NCBI GenBank assembly: GCA_016748015.1
Contig: JAAOMT010000678.1
Location: forward strand, 538,389-602,388
Direction: 5' to 3'
DNA length: 64,000 nucleotides
From: Geosiphon pyriformis uo1
Lineage: Eukaryota; Fungi; Glomeromycota
A program made the translations under genes and the position numbers. Shown piece by piece: positions 40,498-53,792 of the stretch. How positions within the stretch are numbered: position 1 is the first letter of the stretch; every line of letters starts with the position of its first letter. The notes beneath the pieces were generated by a model. It was not told where the DNA came from and did no database searches. It saw nothing but the letters and a program-made list of their open reading frames with translations.

Positions 40498-41514
40498 ATG
40501 GGAAAAGAAAACAAGAACGTTTTTGAAATGGCAAACGTTGTTAAGAAATCAATTGCTTCTCCATATTCACGTAGAAAATCAACAGCAACAGATGGTAACA
40601 AGAAAAGTCGGTCCAAGATAGAAAAGAAACGCATTAGCAGTGAGATTCCAGCAAGTTTTGACCCCAAAATTGTATACAAACCTCGTTTTGATCTTCAAAC
40701 ACTTATATGCACTACAAAAAAACCACCATCCCTTGGTAAACCACCACGTCCTGCAAATAGTTTCTTTCTTTTAAAAAATTGCTTGTTGAAGGAGATGTGG
40801 AGCTTTGGGTTAAAACCGACCATGCCAATGGTTTGTCAACTTGCTAAAAAAGTTTGGCAAGATGCCCCAAATGAGGTGAAAAAACTATATGATGACTTAT
40901 CAACAGAAGCTCTAAAGTTACATCATTCCCTTTATCCAAATTACAAGTATCAACCTAAAAGATCCTCAGTTTATGTTTCAAATTCTTTCCCGGAGGGCAA
41001 CTCCGCCGGTATGATGACAACTTTTAGTATTAATCAATCATATCCCATATCAAATTTTATGATCACTAACACCAACAACAACAACAACAATAACGACAAA
41101 AATGAAGAAGAAAAAGAAGAAGAAGAAGAAGAAAAAGAAGAAGAAGAAGAAAAAGAAGAAGAAGAAGAAGAAGAAGAAGCCTTTACTTCACCAATACAGT
41201 CTGGATATGAAAATTCTGCCTTGTCTCCTGATTCAGATGTAACAACTTCATCTTTATCATCGGAAAATGCTTCACCAATTTATCAAAATTTCGAAGAGTT
41301 TTCAACTCAACAACTTTCAGAAGAAAATACAATTTACCATACAGTTCCGTGCTTTGTCTTTCCCTTAGATTATTTCACTGAAAATGATATTTATGAAGAA
41401 TTATTAATAACAGATGGTACATTTTTCCCATTCGATCAGTTTGAATTGTTTCCACAAATAGGAACATCACACAGCTTACTCCTTGAGCAACACATTACGG
41501 CCCTTTCTTTTTGA
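40498..41514 (+). CDS. HMG-box transcription factor (MATA_HMG type) with poly-N and poly-E tracts, 338 aa, intronless
   Basis: PPRPANSFFLLKN...MPMVCQLAKKVWQDAPNEVKKLYDDLSTEALKLHHSLYPNYKYQPKR; basic NLS-like N-terminus; (GAA)n-encoded acidic tract at 41104-41178. Confidence 0.93.
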   Translation: MGKENKNVFEMANVVKKSIASPYSRRKSTATDGNKKSRSKIEKKRISSEIPASFDPKIVYKPRFDLQTLICTTKKPPSLGKPPRPANSFFLLKNCLLKEMWSFGLKPTMPMVCQLAKKVWQDAPNEVKKLYDDLSTEALKLHHSLYPNYKYQPKRSSVYVSNSFPEGNSAGMMTTFSINQSYPISNFMITNTNNNNNNNDKNEEEKEEEEEEKEEEEEKEEEEEEEEAFTSPIQSGYENSALSPDSDVTTSSLSSENASPIYQNFEEFSTQQLSEENTIYHTVPCFVFPLDYFTENDIYEELLITDGTFFPFDQFELFPQIGTSHSLLLEQHITALSF

Positions 41515-42424
41515 GAAGAATTGCTCTGTTAGAAATCAATCAAGATATATTTTTCAAAATATATCTCCACACTTTGTGACATCTTATTCAATAGAAAGGC
41601 TTCTTTTTTTAATCCTTTGACTTATAATAATGTATATTTTTAATGACTGTAACCTGATAAGTCTTTTGTAATCTTTGAATCACTTATATTTTACTATAGA
41701 TTTATAATTGAACATAGTCCTATCTGTAAATAGTTGTGTATAAAATAAATATTTGAAACCATTTTTTGAATCTAGAGAAATTACTATAGAAGTTTAGCAA
41801 ATAGTAATAATAATATATGAATATGCTATGATCAGTCTCATATTTGAATCTTAAGTATAGAGCCTTAATACAACCGTAAATAGTTACACAAGTTCACTCA
41901 CTTTTGTATTGATTCTTGGCAATAAAGATGATTAACACCTTTATCGATTCTAAAGGAATTTGATTATTTCCAAAATATTTCGATTTTAGCATTTCTTTCC
42001 CTTGTTTAAAAATGGCTGAAAAGCCATTAAAGTGAATTGAAAAAGTTTTGATCAAGAGAGTACAAAATTTTAATGCAAATGCAGTTCACTTGAAATGTAC
42101 TTGACTTGATCTGTAGATATTCTGTAGAAATTCGAAAATGTACTTCACTTGATCTGAGGAAATTCGAAAATGTAATACTACAAAAAAATTTCCATTTATG
42201 CACTATTGCTTTTCTCGGATTTTCTATAGCTAAAACTTTTTTTGCACTTCAAAAAAGTGCTTTGTATCCCTTTTCCAAAGCTTAGAAATCCGAAGCCTGT
42301 GATTAATTATAGGTCTGGCTAGAATAATGGTCATTTGAAGCGGTTTACAAAGTCCGTTGTACCGGAAATATTAACCGAGTAATACAAAAAAAAAAGATCT
42401 TCAATTGAATGATGTGTCACGGTC

Positions 42425-42630
42425 TAGAAATGATTTTTGTTCTTTTGATCTTCAAAAGAGTGAAGTATTCCGAGAAATGATTTTTGATCATTTGATATTA
42501 TCATACATGTACAATTATCAAATACATGTACAGTGCCCCCTCAAAAGTGTGAAGCATTCGAGAAATAATTTTTGATCATTTGACATTTTTATACATGTAC
42601 AATTATCAAAAAAATGTACTGTGCTCCCCC
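42425..42630. repeat. Tandem ~88-bp duplication at the end of the minus-strand Tc1 relic, including a TA|CAGTGCCCCCTCAAAAG TIR-like motif
   Basis: gagaaat.atttttgatcatttga.att...atacatgtacaattatcaaa..atgtac.gtgc.cccc occurs twice, with a partial third copy. Confidence 0.75.
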
Positions 42631-44274
42631 CCTACCCACCCATTTATTTTATGGTAAAAATTAATACTTTTTCGGCCCTCCATTTGAATTTAAGACTGCT
42701 TCAATACTGCTCTAATACTCCTTCAATACTTCATGGCATTGACACAAAAAACTCTTCGGGAACAGAGGTATCGAATTTCTCTCATTCCTTCTCTAGATAA
42801 GTTTTAAGTTCGATCGACCGCAGACTTGGGAAAGACTTCATCTTTTGGATATTGTCTTTCAACAACAATTAAAATATTCTCAATTGGATTCAAATCTGGT
42901 GAATTCGCCGGCCAATTGATAGTCATAATTTTGTTTTCCGTTAATCATTTTTACACAAAATGGGTCGGCGTATCATTTTGGCGAAAAATAATCTAGCTTC
43001 CATTTAACAATTTAATTGTGTTCCAAAATGGTAACAAGTTGGTTTTAAGATTTCATGGTAAGTCTTTGCATTTGTTTTTTACCCATTTTTTTGTTCTTTA
43101 CAAAATACTAATGACTCTTTTAGTCCGCCAAAACTATTACGAATTTTCTTCCACTTTTGAAAGTAGCCTCTAAGCAATTAGCATTAAATTTCTCTCTAGT
43201 GTGCCGCTAAACTCTTGATTATCGTAATTGCTTCCCAATTTCAACACTCATCTCATCAAAGAAGATAACTTTTGCCCAATCATAAGCTGTTTCTGAGATT
43301 TAGGGTTTTTTTGCTGTGATACCTGAATGAATTCTGAAGTTGTACAGTACATTTTCAGCAGTTCACAGACTACTCTTACGGTTGAATCTTTTACTTTTTA
43401 GCTTTTATTTATTTACTTAGCCATAATTAGTCACATGTATTAGCCATCCTATTTTTAAAATTAGTCGTTGATGTGATCAATGGCTTGGTCATTGACCTGA
43501 TCATTGATTGATCATTGGCCGAATCATTGATGTGATCACTGACCTGATCATTGATCCCTTTTAAAGAGTATATAAGCGAGACTTTTCAAAGCCATAGAAA
43601 AGTATTCACACTCGAATAACACTCAGATCAATACAAAGATATCAACTCCTTTATTTCCCTTTTAGTATTTCTTTTCTTGATTTGTATAATTGTTAGTTTT
43701 TGTGAAGTATATTGAATAAACGTTTACTGAAAAGTACAACTGATACCTAATATTGAATTCTAAGAGCGCCGACGTGAGGCATAGAATTATACCAGTGTGT
43801 GTTATCTTTTGTTGACTGTACAGACTATCCCTCTACCTTCAGATTCCCTTGTTATCTTTTGAAAAGAATAGTGACTAAGACTGATCTCGCACATTGAATC
43901 CTTACTAATTCAATTCGCTCATTAAAGTTGAATTACCCTTTTGATTATTTCATCGCCATACAATACTGTTCTCCCTTGCTATCCGTTAGCTTGTTAATCA
44001 GACTGTAACACTACATTTAAGACTTAAATTGTTGACAATTTTGTGGAGTGACGCATATCGTTTTTCGTTGGCTTTAAATACAAGTAATTCTTTTTCGTAG
44101 TTGCAAAGAATCAGTGGTCTTCCGGAAAGTGGGTAAGTTTTCACTTATTACTGTTCTTCGGTACTTGAATATAAAGCGGGGTATTGTTGTGGGGTCATGT
44201 CGAAGCACTTTTGAAATTTTAGTGGATTTATTGTTTTCATGTATTCCTTTTTGCTGTGTAGTAGTGGACGTCAT
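42531..44274 (-). mobile_element. Tc1/mariner transposon relic interrupted by a solo LTR
   Basis: Minus strand: HTH region (ISKVLRHDPTTI..F..KY..SENLP/SGRPL), ITAKKP, WAKVIFFDEMSVEIG, IFRQNDTPTH, INWPANSPDLNPIEN. The frame LSLKCS|L*TAENVLY rejoins when 43374-44014 is removed. Confidence 0.88.
43374..44010 (+). mobile_element. Solo LTR (637 bp) with 4-bp target-site duplication CTAC
   Basis: Ends TCTTACGGT...ACTGTAACA (imperfect inverted termini, TG..CA with 5' G>C); CTAC at 43370-43373 and 44011-44014; internal GATCATTGA repeats, TATATAA and AATAAA in LTR order. Confidence 0.82.
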
Positions 44275-47200
44275 TTTTACATAAAGATATTACAATGTTG
44301 GTGAAGTCGTAAAAATTATTTGATTCCTTAAAAATGATTACACAACAAATCAGGCGTTGTTTTTTTTTTGGGATTAATTAGAATTATATGTTTACAAAAA
44401 ATAGATGTTAAGTTTTCAAAAGTGACAGGATTTTTCTAAGATTCATCTTCAATAATATCAGTTAAAAGTCTGAATTTTGCAATTCTGTTTGAATATTTTT
44501 TACGAACATCGAAAAATTTTTTATTCCCATTTTTTGAATCGAAATTAGTATGATTTCCTAATAAAAAATTCTCAGCATAATTTTTAATATAATATAATTT
44601 TTTTAAAAAGAAATTTTCATGACATAAAGCAATTTACAAAATTAACTTTTAAATTTTTGAAAACTATTTTTAAATTTTAGCCTTGCAATTTTATTCAAAA
44701 TGAATTACGGTTTACAATTTCACATAATATTTTTATAAAGATTGCTAGCAATAATATTGAAGATTTCTTATATGGTACTTTTTCTGCATGTAATACAGGA
44801 AAACCCCTTGCTGTTTGCATTTTTAAACTTTTTTATCACCTTTTAACCGTTCAAATTTGTTGTGAGTTTTTTTTATTGAAAAAAAAAATTTTTATTTATT
44901 GTCATAAGTATTTTCTGGTACAAAATTTTCTTAACTTATTTTGTTTTAAAAATTAAAAATTTGTTGCTTTTATTAAGCTCTTCTTGGTTTTCAATTTTTT
45001 AAGTTTGAATACTTCTCATTTACAAAATTTTAGTTTTTATGTTTAAAAAAAAATTGCATCCAAATTCGCTCGAAAACTTTTTTTTAACTTTTGATAGCTT
45101 TATAAAAATTATCTTTGTTTAGTAAATATTCTTCACTGTATTATTAAGATAATTAATTTGATTGCAATTGAATTCTTGTCTCGATTTCAAACTTGAGATT
45201 TCTAATAATAATAGTTATTTTTGATTTTTAAAAAACTTTTACATATAATTATTTTAAATATTAAATGTTTTGTTTTGAAACCATTATTTTTTTCATTTAA
45301 TTTTATAATTTTTTTTAAAATATTCATATTTGAATTACAATTCAAGTCTGAAATTAAAAATAATATTTGTATAAATCTCTATTCAATAAAAATTTGTTCT
45401 GCAACATATGAAAATGTAACATTATTTGAGATTTATTAATAAAACAATTTTAAGGTAATTTGAGTAGCTTATGAATAGTAGTTTTTTTCAATTCTAGATA
45501 AAGATTATTTAGCATAAATTGTATCAACTGTTCAATATTTTTTATATATTAATATTTTTGATTAAATTAAATTTGAAGAATTTATCTTTGAAATTACACG
45601 CATTACTTATTCAAAATAGTAATATACTTTACATTATGTTAATCGCTAATCTTATTTTTATAACATAATTTTGAAAAATATTTTCTATTTTTATTATGTG
45701 TTTTTTTTATTATGTGTGGTTTGTGTTATATTTGATTTGAAACAATGTTGAAATATTTAAAATAAATTTTTGTGATTTGTTTTGGGAAAATCTTTCAATT
45801 CATTCAATCTGTTAAATATATTTTTTTAAATAACTTCGAAAAAGTTATTTTCAACCAAAGTTTCTTTCATTTTTCCATACTATTTCAGTCTTTTACAATC
45901 CAATTGAACAGAAGCTTTACATATTTTGCTTTATTTGTTGTTTTATGAAATTTTTTACGTTAATTTTTATTAAAAAACACTTTTAACACAAAGTATTTTG
46001 AATAATTTTTTATTCTATTATATTTTTTTTAATTCCAAATCTTTTTTATTTTAAATTAAATAATTGATAAATAATATAATTAGGTTAATCAAAACTTTTC
46101 CAAGTCTTCTTTCTATTTTGAGTTTTAAATTCATGCTTTGTTATTAAATATTTGTAACATTATGTTTAAATGTTGAATATATTTTTTTGGGTTTAAAAAT
46201 GAATTTGTTCTATACTATGATAAAGATTTAGCAATTTTAGTTTTGACTATTTTTATTTTATTTTAGAATACTAACAATTACTAATATAAGACTTGGTTTA
46301 TTTTCACAATTATTTTAATCAATATTTATACTTTTCTGTTTATTGAATAAATTTTTTTTTGAATAAAAAAAGAATCTGTTAATTTTTGTAAAAAACATTT
46401 TTGAACATTTTATATTTTTTGAACCTTTTAAATAAATTTATACCAAAATATAATACATATATTATTCTCACAAAAAATCATAAATAAAAAATGATCTAAA
46501 TTAAATCATTTTTAGAACTAAGTATGAGATTGGATTTGTTGTCGAATTTTACATTCATCGACCACAAATTTGATTTATATATTTTGTTACTGCAAATATC
46601 TTGATGAAAAGATTAAAGAGTCTTTTGTTTCGAAACTAGAATTTTCTATAAGAAATTTTATATCTTAGATTCAAGCTGAAAAAGTATATTAAGGCAAATT
46701 ATGGCTATATATCTTTAATAAAAATAAATTATTAAAACAGATAAGATGAAGTAGAACTTGTAATATAATTCAGAAAAAATATAAATTAACTAGAAATGTT
46801 TCTTTAATATATGTTTTAAATAGATTAAAAAGGAAAAAAACATGTTTATTATATATATATAACCTATTTAAAATAAATTATGCTTTAATTAAAGGAATTA
46901 TAAGTATTAATATAATAAGAAAAATTAATAATAATATATAATATAAATCATTTTATTATGCTGAAATTTCTAAATTTGACAACCAAAAACTTAGTTAAGC
47001 AAAATAAAAGTGAAATTTGAGGAGATCTATTTAGAAAAATATTAAAATGACTATAAATTTATAAAATATCTTTTTATTTTCCCATTTTCAAAGGTCAATG
47101 CTTAAGATTTCTAATATTGAAATTGATACCACAGGCATTACTTTCTTTAGAATGATTTGAAATCATTTGCTTCTCAATTCTACTACTTTGACATTAAAAA

Positions 47201-47759
47201 ATCTGTAATGAATATTTTTTTAATCTACTATTTTTATAACCTTAAATTAGTAGTATGTTTGAGCAAACAAAATTCAATAATGTCTTGCTAAGACTTTTAA
47301 TGTCACAGCAAAATGAATTCCATTCTATCAGGTTCATCCTTTTCTTTGGGCGTAATTTTTTTTAGCCTCAAAGGGTTGCATTCGAAAAAAATCTCACTCT
47401 ACATCATGAATGATGGCTTGATATATTTTTCTTCCTAATATAGAAGCCAGAACAACTAAATGATAATAATATTTCAAACACCTTTGTTCTTCTAAATGGT
47501 AACAAAAAAATTTTCCCGTTTCGAATCGAATAAAAATGACATAATAAACTTAATTCACGTTGAGATAAATCACAAATTGGAAAATATTTTAAAACTAGAA
47601 TGCGAAATAAAGTGATAATTTGATAGTAAAAGTAAAAATTTAAGAGCCCAAAAGGTGGCAAAAAATATTTACCTCTATTAACCCAAATATGACCCAAGAG
47701 ATATTTAGTGCTATTTTAATAATTTTATTGAGGGAAACGGAAACCTGAGTGATAACCTT

Positions 47760-48520
47760 GCCAAAATCCAAAGTACAATACAATTTCTAAAATTCAAACC
47801 TGGGTCTTAATAACAAAATAAACTTTCAGAAACTTCCCAATCCGGCCTTTCACTTCAAGCCATCCACCGATGAGGGACACATATCCGCAGCATAAAAACT
47901 ATCTCGTAAATCAAATATAAATCTCACCCAGAACGCCAAATTCCACAATCAGCTGTAATTCAATGACATATTTCTCTCCCGCCCCCATCTTCTTTATAAA
48001 TTAGTTTGAGTATGATAGCTTTCTAATGCAACTACACCAATTTATTTTTCTTTTGCGGGACAGAAATCAAAGGCGGCATTCACCAATGTAGACAGCATCA
48101 AGGAAAAATTGAATATAAAATATTTCGAATTCAAAAAATCAGTTATTCTAATTATCCTCCAAGCACATCAATATATCAGAATAAAAACTTACGAAACTCA
48201 ACTTTTTCTCGTCAATAGGTTCCAGCATCTTGGTCTCGTAAAGGTGAATTTCAAACTGCACTTCAAATAGGTTGAAAGAGATATTTAAATTGATCCCAAA
48301 AGTCCAATATATCTATACCTATTTTTCTTGGGTATTTCAGATCTGTTTAAAGAATCATGTCAATAATTGGCTCCAATATTTTTTGTAAATTTTGACTGTG
48401 GTAAAAAATGGAGAAAATCAAATAATCGACTCTTGTTCACCAAAACTCATTTGACATTCCAGATTTCACAATTCGAGGCAAAATATGGATTCTTAAAACA
48501 GGGGGCCAACTTTTTTCGTT
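47760..48520 (-). pseudogene. Diverged pseudogene paralogous to the F-box-like gene at 49486
   Basis: Minus strand LNSKYFIFNFSLMLSTLVNAAFDFCPAKEK*IGVVALE/AIILKLIYK...DCGIWRSG aligns by eye with LNAGKYICY...AAFSFFPDNGIEINSIGLESIKIALKYK...DHGVWWSG; GTAAGT..TAG intron-like segment at ~48192-48148. Confidence 0.5.
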
Positions 48521-49485
48521 TAAATTTGGATCCGGTTTTTTCAAAGTGTCGATTCCTTGCAGCTAGAGTATTCACGAGTCGAGTACAAGATTCAACTATA
48601 TTTTAAAAAAAAAGTTCTTTCAAAGAATATCTTATTGAATACTTTTAATCAACGATGCTCCCTAAATTCTGAATGCTTTTCAGCTTTAATATAAATCCAG
48701 ATTTGCATTTTAAATCTTCAATTTCTATTTCTGAGTTTACAAAATAATATAAAATATATTTGTTTGTCATAGAAAATAGGTCATTGATCGAAATTCTTAT
48801 CACGCTTTTTTGTAAGTTTTGTGGCTTTGCTATCTATACGAAAAAAACACAAGCTGCAGTAAACTCCGAAATCTCGGCTCCCCAAACAATTAACTGCATG
48901 TTGTCTGTCGATTGTTCCTGAAAAAGCCGAAAAATAGGTTAAATGATTCGTTCCTATTCCCTAATTCGTTTAAGGGGTTTTGGAGTGGCCTATTATTGCA
49001 CAAAGACATTATCTGTGTTTATCGTTTCACAGCATAAGAAAACTAGATATTAATTAGACCAGCCGAATCCACCCAATGTTGGTTGCGAATCCTGTGTTCG
49101 TCTAGACTTCCTCTCATGAGCTCGCTTAATTTTTAATTCGAATGCTAATTATTCACATCGTGAAAAGCATGTATTTCGAGAAGAATTCTGATTAAAATTA
49201 TTATTTTTTATTTTTATTTTCACTTAAAAGTATTGTTTTGAATTGGTCCAAGACCTTTCATTTTCTTGACCTTTTCGAACAGTACAATTTAATTCATACC
49301 ACGGGCGTATTTAGAAATAGTGGCACATTTGCGTTCCAGGTTTCGAACCACTGACGTATTCGAATATAGTGGGTAAGGAGTTTTGCATAATCACTGGATT
49401 AATCAAGAAATATAAAAATTAATTGACGATTGAAAAATATTTTTTTCAATATCATCTTTTGATCTTCATTGTTTAACCTTGCAAA

Positions 49486-50250
49486 ATGGCAGGTAAAATC
49501 ATGACTCAACTTCCCCCAGAAGTTTGGGCTCAAATATTTGATGAACTTCTTTTCGAGACATTGTGAGTCTTTTAGATAACAACTATCAGCAAAGAGAAAA
49601 CCTTTTATGATGGAGAAATTTCAACTTGTCGCTAAATAATTTTGCTAAATGTTGTTCAAATATTAGAAATCTTACACAAACATGGCCTCTGAGGTGTTTA
49701 TCCCGTAACATCAAAAATGGTGTGGATATGGCTTCGGCTGGCTTTCTACGTGAAAATATGGATTTCACAATCGAAGTCGCGGTCACTAGGGTATTATTTT
49801 TTTTTCTGATTGAAATCTCAAAAAATATTTATACTTCTTTGGGAACGGGAAACTTAATGAAACTTAATGTTACATGTGAAGTCAAGTGTCTTGCCATTAA
49901 ATGCTGGCAAATACATTTGCTACACTTCCCCTTTACCATTCCCAGTTCCAGCAACCGAACATCCAGCTGCCTTTTCCTTTTTTCCTGATAATGGAATCGA
50001 AATTAATTCGATTGGTTTGGAATCAATTAAAATTGCTCTCAAGTACAAACAAAAAAGTGACGAAGAAGATGCCGTCGTCTGCTGGAAAGAAATTGATAGC
50101 TATTTTGAATTCTGGAAGATGCCAGCCGATCATGGTGTATGGTGGTCGGGAAGTCTTGGAATCAGGTACCAATTTGAACATCGGGAGAGTTTTAAATTGA
50201 ATGTCCATGAAATCTTGCTTAATCCGAGACGTGGTTGGTTTCCATCATAG
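49486..50250 (+). pseudogene. F-box-like protein gene, apparently disrupted
   Basis: ATG 49486 MAGKIMTQLPPEVWAQIFDEL is an F-box start motif. A frameshift/stop follows, then ORF segments 49626-~49790 and 49867-50250 with globular composition. Confidence 0.55.
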
Positions 50251-51671
50251 AAAATCCAGAGGTATTTATTAAATTTTGTTCAATTCGCAAGATATAATCC
50301 TTTATCGTATTATTTGTAAATTATAAATACATAAGATCGAATCATTTCCAAATTAAAGCCTCATGATTGGTATAGATTTAATCAGAATAAAATTACAACA
50401 TCGAAGGCAAGAAATTCAGCAAATGGCGTTTTTGAAGAATATGTGATATAAGAAAGATTTTTGCCAAATAACAGATCGAAAAATTCCGCTTTAATGGATT
50501 CAGGAATTTCTCAATATATATATTTTGTTTCAATGTTTTCCAATTATCAAAAATACATTATCTTTCACTAATAGCTGATCAATTTACTCACCCAAGGAAA
50601 TCGCTGAGCTTGGGATTTCCATATTTCAGGGATGGATACCTGATTACCCTCTACATGAATTTTCTACATTTATCAGGCAAGAGTTCTTTATTTTACAACA
50701 AATTTTGATGGAAGGAGAAAATGACTTACTGCACAAAATTTGTGTAGAGTTAACAAAAGTTTGAGCCTTTCTGCATAAACTAGAATGATTACTTGAAAGA
50801 GCTCACTATAATTTTCGATCTCTTTTGTGACAAATAAAATATCGAGTGAAGAATTTTTTAGATTTTACCAAAGAACAAAATTGTTCAACAATTCGGATAA
50901 AAGGTCAATGCCATTTTTGAAAATGTTTCTCTCAAGTGTTGTGACCTGTCTATTCATTAAAATTGTTTCGGGATTATAAATATTAATTCTAAAATAACAT
51001 ATGATACCATAATATGGGGTTCAATTAAAAGTTTCGATGATTTATAGGGAACTTGAAGCGCTAAAATCTTTATTTTCATTGTTCAAATTCTCTACATCAT
51101 TTGAGAATATTGTAGATAAAGGACGGTGTACTCAGGATTAGAGAAGGTAGAAGTGGAAATTTAGTTATATGAATGTTCTTATTTAGACATCTTTGTTTGA
51201 TCATCTAGAATTTTTATAAGGAAACAAACAGCAGAAATCCCAACAAAAAATTTCGCGGTACCCTGTATTCACCTAAATTTGCAGATATTTCTAATCGCAC
51301 TTTTGAAGCATGTAACCTCACACTGATCAATGAAAGTTATTAGTCAAATGATGAGCATGAATTTACTTTATGCAGTACATTTTTGGAATTTAAATTAAAT
51401 TTTCATGTAGAACCTTCGAATCTTCCTAAAAAAAAATTTGTATTAAATATTTAGCAAACTCTTAAAAAAATAAGCGAAAAGGCGCTAATGATGTACATGT
51501 AAAACTAATCATTAGATCAGTTAGTAGGAAAATACTGTATCAATTTTGTATCTTGGACTTGATTTTTCGCTCAAGAAATTCTTTTTTGGTAGTTTTTAAA
51601 GATTTTTAAACATAGTGATGTTCATTGATTCTGTGCCAAAATAGATTAAAGATGTGGGGTAAAAAGGAGTA

Positions 51672-52354
51672 TCGTAGAGTACTGCTTATATTGCCCGAAT
51701 ATTTATTCAAAACTTGCTAGTTAGAAATTGTATAGTACCCGTGGGTAATATACATGCATGGGGGTACTAAATATGGGAGATACTTTACAAGAGGATTATA
51801 TAACAGTAATTCCTGGAGATTTAACATCACAACTTCAAACATTAGATGTAGCTCTTTAATAAAACCTTTTAAAGCTAAGGTAATTAAAATAATGTTTAAA
51901 TAATTTTTATAATATATTCTAAAGAATAGACTCCTTCTAGCAAAATTAAATGACCAACCTATACAACAGTTGCTGAATGGGTAAAATTCTATTAATTCAA
52001 AGATCATTCAAATAAAATGAATGGATGAGAGGAAAAATTAATTCTTGATTTTTCGTGTGTACAATCTAATAGTATTTATCTTTCTAATAATTATATAAAA
52101 ATAATCATTAATATAGAAGAAGATGATGATGATGATTGTACTATTGATGAAAGTGATAGCGAAATTTATGAAAATGAAATAACATATACTAATATTTCGG
52201 ATGACTAAATATATAATAATAATCATTAAATAAATAATAAATCTATAAAATATCCTGGTCTTATTCAATTATCCAACATCAATATTATGCAGTGTACCTG
52301 GTTTTAATTATGAGAAGATACTTTAGGGGGAATGCTATAGGGCAGGCTCTACGG
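51672..52354 (+). mobile_element. Internally deleted pogo/Tigger-like (DDE_1) DNA transposon
   Basis: VIPGDLTSQLQTLDVAL/KPFKAK (=VIPGGLTSQLQPLDVxxNKPFK), TPSSKIK*PTYTTVAEWVK and an acidic tail; degenerate TIRs TA|tcgtagagtactgc ... gcaggctctacgg|TA. Confidence 0.8.
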
Positions 52355-52815
52355 TAGATTAGGATTATATATTGAAAATATGTTACGAGTATTTTATTTC
52401 GAGTTTTGAGTTTTGAGTTTCTTAGCCTTGTTTGAATTGCTTCAAATTAAATGTTGCAAAAAAGTCGTTTTTATAGAGACTTATATACTTACACATTGAA
52501 CTTTACAAAAATTGATGTTTTACACTTGCAATTATTAGTAATGTTAGACATAATAAATAAGAGGTAAAAAATTTAAAATATTCGTTGGGCATATTTCATA
52601 GTACCTTTTAATCAATTTTGCAATCATATTTAGTCAAATTGAAAATCTAATAAAAATGTTTTTTTTTCAATATCTCAAATATAATATTAATGATTATATA
52701 TATATATATATTTTTCTTCGCAACACCCGAATTTTTTATTAAATAAAAATTTTAAATATATACATGATTTATTCCTTTTTTTATTATGTATATAAAACAT
52801 TTTTTATAGAATATA

Positions 52816-53200
52816 TTAATATTTTATTTGCTTACAGTTCACATCCAAAACTCCTTTAATTCTTTGCGGCATTAAATCTACAGCTTTCCAAATAATTAAA
52901 GTATTAAAATTAGACCACTCCTCTCTTAGAGCAGCCTACGGTCTTTAGAGAATTTTGACGTTTTTAGATATCAGTTTTCAGATATTTTCTATGGGATTAA
53001 GGTCGAAGGAGGTTGCTGACCAATTCATTATTTTAATTTTTTTTCTCTTTGAAATCATTTAACAAATTCATTTGCAGTTTAAATTGGTTTATTATCTTGT
53101 TGAAACACCAAATTTTCTCTTACCAATGAAGGTTCTGTTTTGTACGAATATCCCAAAACCATTACCGAGCTTCCATCACCCTTGAAATTTAGGTTTAAAA
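52816..53200 (-). mobile_element. Tc1/mariner transposase C-terminal relic
   Basis: Minus strand: FKGDGSSVMVLGY; MNWSATSFDLNPIENI*KLI; AALREEWSNF...MPQRIKGVLDVNCKQIKY*. Confidence 0.82.
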
Positions 53201-53792
53201 ATTTTACATTATATCTTTCGCCTGTATGATACTATACCTTTTTTTGTCGTAAAAATTTCTTGAAAAAATAACATGTCATCAATAATATAGATTTTTGATA
53301 ATATTATATTTGCATTGAGTTACTCCTTTAATCGCTCTATTTTCCATAACAAAATAATTTTTTGCTGCTATATGAAATCGAATTCCTGCATTATGAAGTA
53401 TTATTCTAGCTGTTATTGAAAGCACTTTACCTCTAAATTTTTTAAAATATTATAAAGCGAAATAATGTCAATAATTATTGAGAAAAGTGTTGATCAGGGA
53501 GTTCTGATTTTTCCAATTATTTATATTTGAAAATGAAACAGTCAAGGCTCAAGTCTTGTTAGAATTATTTATAATAAACCAAGTTCAACAAAAATAAATA
53601 GAAAATTTATCAAAAGTTAAACAAATACATGTATTATTAGCCAAAAACAAGATAAAATCTTGTAACATCAAAAAAAAGTTTATTTACGGTAAAAGTTTGA
53701 ATTCATCCTGATAATCAATATAAATAAGCATGAATTTATACGTAGTGAAAGCTTGCTCTTGACTAATCTTTTTAGTCAAAAAATTAAAAGTG

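Noticed and set aside
10566-41514. Canonical mating-type locus (Mucorales sex locus or HD1-HD2 MAT)
   Set aside because: No tptA, rnhA or homeodomain genes are visible; HMG genes are numerous in this fungal group.
42425-43560. CRISPR-like array from the repeated gatcattga or 88-bp units
   Set aside because: No constant repeat with unique spacers, no cas genes, eukaryotic context; explained by TE termini and the LTR.
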